NCBI RefSeq assembly: GCF_002080395.1
Contig: NZ_CP020478.1
Span: 236,886 to 260,885, forward strand
Direction: 5' to 3'
DNA: 24,000 nucleotides
From: Campylobacter helveticus
Lineage (GTDB): Bacteria > Campylobacterota > Campylobacteria > Campylobacterales > Campylobacteraceae
Part shown: positions 17,037 through 24,000 of the stretch, in pieces
Layout of the letters: every line of letters begins with the position of its first letter
Numbering within the stretch: position 1 is the stretch's first letter
Translations under genes and position numbers: made by a program
The notes under the pieces: model-generated
The model's database searches: none
What the model saw: only the letters and a program-made list of their open reading frames with translations
What the model was told of the DNA's origin: nothing

Positions 17037-18790
17037 TAAAAGATCTCGCTAAAAAATTCACCAAAGTTATTATAAATTTGCTTGTTTCTCTCATCGATTT
17101 CTTTTTTATACCACTCTTTTTTAGCACTTTTTGAAAGCTCTTTGACCTCCGTGCAAAATGAAGTTTTGTAATGCTCTTTTTTCTTGGCAAAAAAGTCATT
17201 TGAAGCACTGATGTTAAGCTTTTTTTCTATAAGAATTTTATTACCGATTTGCTCAATCAGCTCTTTTATCTCATCTTCATCAAGCTGATAATAATTATCC
17301 TGCCATTTTCTTGGCAAAATGTGTTCGATTTCTAGCTTTGTGAGACTAAAATTTTTTTTATTACTATTCCACTCAAAAATTTGTTTCTCATCGTAGATTA
17401 AAGCATAAAGTGCAAGGATATAACGCATATTTTTAGGGATAGTATTTTTAGAAAAATTGATAAAATTTTCCAAACTTGGCATTTTTAAAACGGGTAAATT
17501 TAAGGATTTTTCAAAAATTTTTCTTCTTTTTTTATCTCTTAAATTCACATTAGCCTTCATAAAGCCCCAAAATAGCCCCGCTCCACCGCCTTTACCATAA
17601 AATAAACCAAGCGCACAGTAAGCAGATATTTGAGGTAAGACTTCATCAAAAAGCTCTTTTAAGCTCTCTTTGTTTTTATGCGCTTCGTAAAAACACATAG
17701 AGACGACTATTTTCCATAATCTATTAGGAAAAATGCTTAAAATGGCAAAATATTTTTTACCTTTATCGCTTAGATAATCATAAGGATTTGCCCAAAAATC
17801 GCCTAGTTTTTTAACAAATTCAAAACTTTCTTTTTGGGTGAGCAAGTCCTCATTTGCTGCAAAATTGACATTTTTCTTCTTAGAATTTAGCTTACCTTTT
17901 TTAGTCCAAAAATCAAGAGTGGTAGGGATAACGGTGTCTAATTCCCCGTGTAAAGCTCTAATGATATGCTCATATTGCTCAAACAAAAAGCCTATATCTT
18001 CTTTTTTAAGATAAGCAGAATCTTGAAGCAAACTTTCTAAATTTTGCCATTCTTTTGCAAATTCGGTTTTTTCATCTTCTTTTTTACTTGCGTAAATCAT
18101 ACCTTTTAAAATGTCCGCCGTGCTTAAGGAAATGCCGCGGTTATTTAGAGTGTTAAAAATTCTTAAAGCCTTATCTCTTTCGCCGCATTCTATGGGTAAA
18201 ATTACGCAGTCATAAAGCAAACATTCACAAAATCCAAGCCACTCTGTTGGCTCATTTAAAGCCAGATTATCAATCTTTCTTTGAAAATAAAGATAATTTT
18301 TTTCATACAAAGAAAGCTTTTTGTCTTTTTCGTCTATCTCAATTTTTTCTTCGAAAAGCTTACTTAATTTTTCATTGTCCTTAGCTGTGGCAACTTCGCT
18401 TTTTAAATGTGTTTTGTCGTAAAAAATTTCCCCTGTGCGTCTGTGCGTATCCCATAAGCAATCTGCCAAATTATCCTTTAACTTTGCCACTTCTCCTTTT
18501 TCTTGATTTTTAGCTTTTTCATAAATCGCACGGATAAGCAGTAAAAGTGTAGTGGTGCGTTGCTGTCCGTCTATGATGTTTTGCAATTTATCTTCTTCAT
18601 AAATGACCATAGAGCCTAAAAAATACCTATCATCTTCTTCTTTGTTTTTATAAAAATGATAAATATCGTCCCAAAGTTGCTCACATTCATCTTCGCCCCA
18701 AACATAATTTCTTTGATACATAGGGATTAAAAAGCGGTTTTTAGATAGATAGTTTAAAACCGAATTTGTTTCTGCTCTTAATTCTGCCAT
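17036..18790 (-). CDS. DUF262 (GmrS-like/ParB-fold) + DUF1524 (GmrD-like HNH) single-chain protein; candidate type IV restriction/anti-phage nuclease
   Basis: N-terminal IPMYQRNYVW and NIIDGQQRTTTLLLLIRAIYE (DGQQR at 18557..18571). C-terminal LEIEHILPRKW (17303..17332) with downstream IGNKILIEKKLNISASNDFFAKKKEHY, typical of DUF1524 HNH. AAAGGAG sits 5 nt upstream of the ATG at 18790, so the track start at 18838 is probably too long by 16 codons. Confidence 0.88.
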   Translation of the reverse strand: MAELRAETNSVLNYLSKNRFLIPMYQRNYVWGEDECEQLWDDIYHFYKNKEEDDRYFLGSMVIYEEDKLQNIIDGQQRTTTLLLLIRAIYEKAKNQEKGEVAKLKDNLADCLWDTHRRTGEIFYDKTHLKSEVATAKDNEKLSKLFEEKIEIDEKDKKLSLYEKNYLYFQRKIDNLALNEPTEWLGFCECLLYDCVILPIECGERDKALRIFNTLNNRGISLSTADILKGMIYASKKEDEKTEFAKEWQNLESLLQDSAYLKKEDIGFLFEQYEHIIRALHGELDTVIPTTLDFWTKKGKLNSKKKNVNFAANEDLLTQKESFEFVKKLGDFWANPYDYLSDKGKKYFAILSIFPNRLWKIVVSMCFYEAHKNKESLKELFDEVLPQISAYCALGLFYGKGGGAGLFWGFMKANVNLRDKKRRKIFEKSLNLPVLKMPSLENFINFSKNTIPKNMRYILALYALIYDEKQIFEWNSNKKNFSLTKLEIEHILPRKWQDNYYQLDEDEIKELIEQIGNKILIEKKLNISASNDFFAKKKEHYKTSFCTEVKELSKSAKKEWYKKEIDERNKQIYNNFGEFFSEIF

Positions 18791-18821
18791 TTTTGCTCCT
18801 TTGAATTGTCTTATAATCTTT

Positions 18822-18827
18822 ATTATA
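18822..18827 (-). promoter_or_regulatory. Candidate -10 element for the DUF262/MFS gene pair
   Basis: Minus strand TTAGAATTTATAATAAAG: perfect TATAAT 31 nt upstream of the ATG at 18790, followed by AAAGGAG. Confidence 0.5.
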
Positions 18828-18943
18828 AATTCTAACAAAAGAAGATTTAAAATTGTTTTATGAGAAGTTTGTTTGAAAAGTGTGGATTTACTTTATCTTA
18901 ATACAAATTCGTTAAAGTTTAAAAAACGAAATTAGGGTTTAAA

Positions 18944-19216
18944 ATGATGCCTTTTAGTGACGAGGAATTAGTAGTTCCTGTTAAAAAAAGTTTGGAAAAA
19001 TCTTTACCGATTTTAGAAAGAGATGGGGGTGGGCTTGAGTTTTTGGGCGTGAAAGGGGGCGTGGTTTATGTGCATTTAATCGGTGCTTGCAAAGGGTGTG
19101 CATCAAGTGGAATCACGCTTAAATATTCTCTTGAAAGACAGCTTAAAATTGACATTCATCCTGAAATAAGCATAGTCAATTTAGAAGGTGGGGCAGAGGA
19201 ATTTGCAAGATTATAA
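18944..19216 (+). CDS. NifU C-terminal-domain family Fe-S scaffold-like protein
   Basis: LERDGGGLEFLGVKGGVVYVHLIGACKGCASSGITLKYSLERQLK, with the NifU-domain CxxC. Confidence 0.92.
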   Translation: MMPFSDEELVVPVKKSLEKSLPILERDGGGLEFLGVKGGVVYVHLIGACKGCASSGITLKYSLERQLKIDIHPEISIVNLEGGAEEFARL

Positions 19217-19748
19217 AAAAATCGCATTAAAATATTTAAAAACAGGGGATTTTGAAAATGCAAGAATTTATCTTGCCCTAGCTTACGAAAAGAAAAAAGA
19301 GGAACATTTGCTTAATTTAATAAGCCTTTGTGAATTTGGACTTAAAAAAGCGCAAGAAGCTAAAGCTTTACTTGAATTTTATCTCAAATACGCTAAAAGC
19401 AAAAAAGTGCAAAAAGAATTTGAGAGTATTTTGGCTTTAGTGATGTTTAAGGCAGATTTAAAAGAAGAGCTTGAAGACGGCTATGCGTTAAATTATAAAG
19501 ATTTTTTAGAAAGTGTTAAAAGGGTGGGTTTTAAGAAAAGTTTTGAAAATATTATTTTTAACACCAAACTCGTTATCGATGATAAAAAAGATTTTTTAGA
19601 TTTTTTAGAAAATTTATGCAAAAATGGCTATAAAGAAGCTGCTTTAGATTATATGGAGGACATTTTTCCGCACTTTTGGGATAATGAAAATTTTGTAAAA
19701 TTGCAAAAACAATTGAGAGGGTTTAAAAGTGAAGATAAAACTAAATGA
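19188..19748 (+). CDS. Uncharacterised helical, TPR-like protein
   Basis: [61 protein letters not shown] resembles tetratricopeptide helices. It overlaps the upstream NifU gene and murE. Start uncertain (GTG 19188 or TTG 19203). Confidence 0.7.
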   Translation: MGQRNLQDYKKIALKYLKTGDFENARIYLALAYEKKKEEHLLNLISLCEFGLKKAQEAKALLEFYLKYAKSKKVQKEFESILALVMFKADLKEELEDGYALNYKDFLESVKRVGFKKSFENIIFNTKLVIDDKKDFLDFLENLCKNGYKEAALDYMEDIFPHFWDNENFVKLQKQLRGFKSEDKTK

Positions 19749-21015
19749 AAGCTTTATAACGGATAATTCAAATGAATGCGAGAAAGATTGTTATTTTGTA
19801 AGTAGTGCGCAAAATGTCAAATTTGAAGATGAGGCTAGAAAAAGTGGTGCGAAAATCATCAAGGTAGCAGAGTGTAAGAAGCTTTTGGGTATTGATGAAA
19901 ATATTAAGATTGTAGGCATTACAGGCACAAATGGCAAAACAACAACCGCAGCGGCGATTTATTCTATTTTACTTGATTTGGGTTTTAAGTGTGGGCTTTG
20001 TGGGACGCGAGGGGCGTTTATCAATGATGAGCAAATCGATGGGAAATCTTTAACCACTTCGCCGATTTTAAAAACTTTAGAATATTTACAAAAAGCAACC
20101 TTGGCTGGGTGTGAATTTTTCGTGATGGAGGTAAGCTCTCACGCTTTGGTGCAAGACCGCATTGAAGGCTTGAAATTTGCGGCAAAGATTTTTACAAATT
20201 TAACGCAAGACCATTTAGATTTTCACGGCTCTTTTGAAAATTATAAAGAAGCAAAAGAAAGTTTTTTTACAGATGAAAGTTTAAAATTTATCAACAAAGA
20301 CGCTTTTAATATCAAATTTAATGTCAAAAATGCCTACACTTATGGAATAGAAAATTCCGCTTTTTATCAAGTTAAAGCTTATGCTTTGGAAAATGAAATT
20401 AATGCTCTTGTCGCCTTTAAAAATCAAAGCTTTCATATAGAATCAAATCTTTTAGGACTTTTTAATCTTTATAATCTTCTTGCTGCAAGTGCTTGTGTCA
20501 ATGAGCTTGTTAAGCCAAATTTAGAGGCTTTAGAAAATGCCATTAGTGGTTTTGGTGGAGTTTGTGGTAGGGTTGAAAAGATAGTTGAGGGCGTGATAGT
20601 TGATTTTGCTCACACACCAGATGGCATTGAAAAGGTGCTTGATAGTTTAAAAAATAAAAATTTGATTGTTGTTTTTGGTGCGGGTGGTGATAGAGATAGA
20701 AGCAAAAGAGCTTTGATGGGGAAAATGGTTTCGCATTATGCAAAAAATGCTATCATTACAAGTGATAATCCTAGAAGTGAAAACCCACAAAGCATTATGC
20801 AAGAAATTTTGCAAGGTTTTGAGGATAAAAATGCACCTTTAATGATAGAAAATCGTGAGCTTGCCATTTATAAGGCTTTAGAATTAAAAAAAGAAGACGA
20901 TTTAGTCGTTATACTTGGCAAGGGCGATGAGACTTATCAAGAGATTAAGGGTGTAAAATATCCTTTTAGTGATAAGGAAATTGTGTTGAATTTTTATAAA
21001 AATCAAGGAAAATAG
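19729..21015 (+). CDS. murE: UDP-N-acetylmuramoyl-L-alanyl-D-glutamate--2,6-diaminopimelate ligase
   Basis: [56 protein letters not shown], and DNPRSENP, the motif expected of meso-DAP-adding MurE. Confidence 0.96.
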   Translation: MKIKLNESFITDNSNECEKDCYFVSSAQNVKFEDEARKSGAKIIKVAECKKLLGIDENIKIVGITGTNGKTTTAAAIYSILLDLGFKCGLCGTRGAFINDEQIDGKSLTTSPILKTLEYLQKATLAGCEFFVMEVSSHALVQDRIEGLKFAAKIFTNLTQDHLDFHGSFENYKEAKESFFTDESLKFINKDAFNIKFNVKNAYTYGIENSAFYQVKAYALENEINALVAFKNQSFHIESNLLGLFNLYNLLAASACVNELVKPNLEALENAISGFGGVCGRVEKIVEGVIVDFAHTPDGIEKVLDSLKNKNLIVVFGAGGDRDRSKRALMGKMVSHYAKNAIITSDNPRSENPQSIMQEILQGFEDKNAPLMIENRELAIYKALELKKEDDLVVILGKGDETYQEIKGVKYPFSDKEIVLNFYKNQGK

Positions 21016-21327
21016 ATGTTTGAAAATATAGATTTTTCCAAAATGGGTGAGCTTTTAACTCAGGTGCAAGAAAAAGCAAAGGCTATGGAGCTTGAGCTTG
21101 ATAAAAAAGAATTTAGTGCCAAAAGTGGTGCGGGACTTGTGAAAGTAAGTGCAAATGGTAAAGGTGAGATTATTGATGTGAATATCGATGATTCTTTACT
21201 TGAGGATAAGGAATCGTTGCAAATTCTACTCATTGCTGCGATTAATGATGTTTTGGCTATGGTTGCGCAAAATAAAAATAGTATCGCAAGTGATATGCTT
21301 GGCGGTTTAGGAGGGTTTAAGATATGA
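21016..21327 (+). CDS. YbaB/EbfC family nucleoid-associated protein
   Basis: 103 aa, MGELLTQVQEKAKAMELELDKKEFSAKSGAGLVKVSANGKGEIIDVNIDDSLL, typical of YbaB/EbfC. Confidence 0.9.
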   Translation: MFENIDFSKMGELLTQVQEKAKAMELELDKKEFSAKSGAGLVKVSANGKGEIIDVNIDDSLLEDKESLQILLIAAINDVLAMVAQNKNSIASDMLGGLGGFKI

Positions 21328-22412
21328 GATTTTTATTAGCTTTTTGTGTTTTGTTTTCTTTTATGTGGGCTATTGAAAGACCTAAATTTGAAGACTTTGC
21401 TGCTGGGTATGAGAGAAATAAGGCGAGTATGTTAAATTATGAGGGGATGCAAGCTTTTGCTTTAAGTGAGAATTTACTTGCCGTTTTAAAAACGCCTAAC
21501 GCAAAATTAAATCAATATGTAAAATATGACCCATTTTTAAATTTATATCTTGTGAGAACACCTTTTTCACTTATCCCTACGCCTATGGCAGATGAGGAGA
21601 AGCTAACGCGTAATGATTGGGTAGGCATTTGGGACCCAAATAAGCCTTATATAGGACATATAAAATACCTTGCTCAAAACATTGATGAAAGAGACCAGCT
21701 TGATTTCCAAACCAAAGTAGGAATTTTAGGAGAGCCTTGCTGTAATATGCTTGGCATCGCCCTAAACAACGGCTCTTTTATAGGGAACCGTTACCTTAAA
21801 CATTTTATGAAATATAACGATGTGTATTGGGGTGATATAGGGGTGGATTTTGTCGTTAGAGAAAATAAAATTTATGTTGGCAATGTCCGCAAAAATGCAC
21901 AATTTTTAATTAATGATGAGCTTGTAAGTATCGATGGTGTGCCTGTGCGTGATGTGAGAAAAGTTAATGAAAGAATCCTTTTTGCAGATAGGGGAAGCAC
22001 GATTTATTTTGGTGTGATTAGAGATAATCATGATTTGAATATTTCTAGCATTGTTTTTGAAAAGGACATTAGCCATTTTAATCTGCCAAGTAATAAACCA
22101 AAACCAGCTCCAACAAGTTTTAGAAGCAATCTTGGCTTGAGTGTCAATTCTTCCTTGATTGTTACGAGGGTTGATTCTTCTTCAAAGGCAAGTAGGGCTG
22201 GTTTTATGGTGGGGGATAAAATTTTGCGTGTTAATAACGAGGTGATAAAAAATTTCAAACAGCTACAGGATATTTTAGCGAAAGGCAACGATTTTAACAT
22301 ACTCATAGAAAGACTAGATAAAAAATTACCTTTATATAATTTTGAAAACAATCTTGATTTATCAAAAAAAAGTGATGGGAAATTTCACTTTTTCATAAGG
22401 CTTGTGAAGTGA
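21324..22412 (+). CDS. Exported PDZ-domain-containing protein
   Basis: Signal peptide MRFLLAFCVLFSFMWA. C-terminal SLIVTRVDSSSKASRAGFMVGDKILRVNNEVIKNFKQLQDILAKG is a PDZ domain. No protease motif seen. Confidence 0.88.
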   Translation: MRFLLAFCVLFSFMWAIERPKFEDFAAGYERNKASMLNYEGMQAFALSENLLAVLKTPNAKLNQYVKYDPFLNLYLVRTPFSLIPTPMADEEKLTRNDWVGIWDPNKPYIGHIKYLAQNIDERDQLDFQTKVGILGEPCCNMLGIALNNGSFIGNRYLKHFMKYNDVYWGDIGVDFVVRENKIYVGNVRKNAQFLINDELVSIDGVPVRDVRKVNERILFADRGSTIYFGVIRDNHDLNISSIVFEKDISHFNLPSNKPKPAPTSFRSNLGLSVNSSLIVTRVDSSSKASRAGFMVGDKILRVNNEVIKNFKQLQDILAKGNDFNILIERLDKKLPLYNFENNLDLSKKSDGKFHFFIRLVK

Positions 22413-23248
22413 ATTTGAGGGAGGAATTTCATAAGCATTTAATGCGTAATCTACCTCAAGTTTCAAGTTTTCATCCCTTTTTTAACGAAGCCTTAGCGGT
22501 GATGTTAAAGGCTGGGGGGAAACATTTTCGCGCACAACTTCTTTTAAGCGTAGTGAGTGTTTATAAAAAAGAGCTTTTAACTCAAGCTTTTGATGCTGCT
22601 TTGGCTTTAGAGCTTATCCATACTTATTCTTTAATTCACGATGATTTGCCCGCTATGGATAATGCTGATTTTAGAAGAGCTACGCCGACTTTGCATAAAA
22701 GTTATGATGAGACAACGGCGATTTTAGTTGGGGATGCTTTAAACACGGAAGCATTTTTGCTTTTAAGTAGGCTTAATTTACCCACTTCGATTTGCCTTAA
22801 GCTTATCGAAACTCTTGCCTTTAATGCGGGGTTAAATGGTATGATTATAGGACAGGCGATTGATTGTTATTTTGAAGATAAAAAGCTTAGTTTAAAAGAG
22901 TTGGAATTTTTACATACGCATAAAACAGCTAAGCTTATAGCTGCGAGTTTAAAAATGGGCTGTCAAATTTGTGAGTTAGACGAGGATAAAACAGCTGGGA
23001 TTTATGAGCTTGGTTTAAAGCTTGGTTTAATTTTTCAAATCAACGATGACATTATCGATGCGACTTTAAGTGCAGAGCAGAGTGGAAAACCAACATGCAA
23101 TGATACGCACAAAAATTCTTTTGTAAATTTATTAGGGCTTGAAAAAGCAAAGGAATGCAAAAATACCCTTTTAAAAGAGTGTCAATTTGAGAATTTGGAA
23201 AAGGATTTTTGCGAGAAATTGCAAATTTTAGTGAAAGAATATTTATAA
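22409..23248 (+). CDS. ispA: Polyprenyl (farnesyl/geranyl) diphosphate synthase
   Basis: GGKHFRAQLLL, LIHTYSLIHDDLPAMDNADFRRATPTLHK (first DDxxxxD-type motif), QINDDIIDAT. GTG start overlaps the previous stop. Confidence 0.94.
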   Translation: MNLREEFHKHLMRNLPQVSSFHPFFNEALAVMLKAGGKHFRAQLLLSVVSVYKKELLTQAFDAALALELIHTYSLIHDDLPAMDNADFRRATPTLHKSYDETTAILVGDALNTEAFLLLSRLNLPTSICLKLIETLAFNAGLNGMIIGQAIDCYFEDKKLSLKELEFLHTHKTAKLIAASLKMGCQICELDEDKTAGIYELGLKLGLIFQINDDIIDATLSAEQSGKPTCNDTHKNSFVNLLGLEKAKECKNTLLKECQFENLEKDFCEKLQILVKEYL

Positions 23249-23257
23249 AGGAAAGAG

Positions 23258-24000
23258 ATGTTAGAAAAACAGGCAAATACTTTAAGATTTTTAAGTGCAG
23301 ATATGATACAAAAAGCAAATTCGGGACACCCTGGAGCGCCTTTGGGTTTAGCGGATATTATGGTTGTTTTAAGCAGACATTTAAGTCATAATCCTAAAAA
23401 TCCTACTTGGCTTAACCGCGATAGACTTGTTTTTTCAGGCGGACACGCTTCGGCTTTGCTTTATAGTTTTTTGCATTTAAGTGGTTATGATTTAAGTTTA
23501 GAGGATTTAAAGAATTTTCGTAGGCTTCACTCTAAAACCCCAGGACACCCTGAAATTTCAACGCCGGGTGTTGAAATTGCCACAGGTCCTTTAGGACAGG
23601 GCGTGGCTAATGCTGTAGGTTTTGCTATGGCGGCAAAAAAGGCGGAAAATTTGCTAGGTAGTGAGCTGATTAATCATAAAATTTATTGTTTGTGTGGCGA
23701 TGGGGATTTGCAAGAAGGCATTTCTTATGAGGCTTGTTCTTTGGCTGGACTTCATAAACTAAATAATCTTATTTTAATTTACGATAGTAATAACATTTCT
23801 ATTGAGGGTGATGTTAATATCGCTTTTAATGAAGATATTATCAAGCGTTTTGAGGCACAAGGCTTTGAAGTGGAGCAAATTGATGGGCATCATTTTGAGA
23901 TGATTGACGCCGTGCTCAATCGAGCTAAAAAAAGCTCTAAGCCTTATCTCATTATCGCTAAAACGACCATAGCAAAAGGTGCTTTAGAGCTTGAGGGAAG
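23258..24000 (+). CDS. tkt: Transketolase, N-terminal part (3' end truncated by window)
   Basis: Open frame to the window end, absent from the ORF track: MLEKQANTLRFLSADMIQKANSGHPGAPLGLADIMVVLSRH...GPLGQGVANAVGFAMA...CGDGDLQEGISYEA (TPP motif). GGAAAG RBS upstream of ATG 23258. Confidence 0.96.
   Translation, partial: MLEKQANTLRFLSADMIQKANSGHPGAPLGLADIMVVLSRHLSHNPKNPTWLNRDRLVFSGGHASALLYSFLHLSGYDLSLEDLKNFRRLHSKTPGHPEISTPGVEIATGPLGQGVANAVGFAMAAKKAENLLGSELINHKIYCLCGDGDLQEGISYEACSLAGLHKLNNLILIYDSNNISIEGDVNIAFNEDIIKRFEAQGFEVEQIDGHHFEMIDAVLNRAKKSSKPYLIIAKTTIAKGALELEG

Noticed and set aside
16528-17052. Plus-strand ORFs 16528..16731 and 16834..17052 opposite the MFS gene and extending past its start, considered as a small antitoxin or regulator
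   Set aside because: Both are shadows of the MFS coding sequence with no RBS, promoter or recognisable motif.
17002-17208. Minus-strand 68-aa ORF spanning the nuclease/MFS junction
   Set aside because: It is out of frame with two well-supported overlapping genes, and no RBS or family signature was seen.
18791-18943. Intergenic region between the DUF262 gene and the NifU-domain gene examined for att sites, direct repeats, tRNA remnants or an ncRNA
   Set aside because: It contains only AT-rich promoter-like sequence. I could not find a convincing repeat or stable GC-containing hairpin by eye.
23209-23391. 60-aa plus-strand ORF overlapping ispA end and tkt start
   Set aside because: It lies in the wrong frame relative to two certain genes (ispA and tkt).
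1-24000. CRISPR array, tRNA/rRNA, transposase/integrase or prophage genes
   Set aside because: No regularly spaced repeats, RNA gene signatures or mobile-element proteins were recognised. Almost all bases are assigned to coding frames.

Overview
This window looks like a Campylobacter-type (Epsilonproteobacteria/Campylobacterota) chromosome segment. It is AT-rich, tightly packed and mostly core genes. Left to right: hisF 3' end, a TfoX/Sxy N-terminal-domain protein, hisIE (+); sodB (-); a minus-strand block of bamA, accD, rlmH, dksA-like, an uncharacterised membrane protein and dusB; a plus-strand block of tyrA, an M23 peptidase, lpxC, tsaB, thrB, ylxR, infB, rbfA and rimP; a minus-strand two-gene unit; then a plus-strand block of NifU-domain protein, a small repeat-like protein, murE, YbaB/EbfC, a PDZ protein, ispA and the tkt 5' part. 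The clearest accessory element is 15846..18790 (-). It holds a single-chain DUF262+DUF1524 (GmrSD-like) protein of about 584 aa, overlapping by 1 nt (TAATG) with a Bcr/CflA-family MFS transporter. It sits between two core gene blocks and is a plausible modification-dependent restriction or anti-phage locus. I see no CRISPR array, rRNA, tRNA, integrase or transposase. Family calls come from recognising motifs in the translated ORFs. No database search was run, and statements about C. jejuni gene order are from memory.
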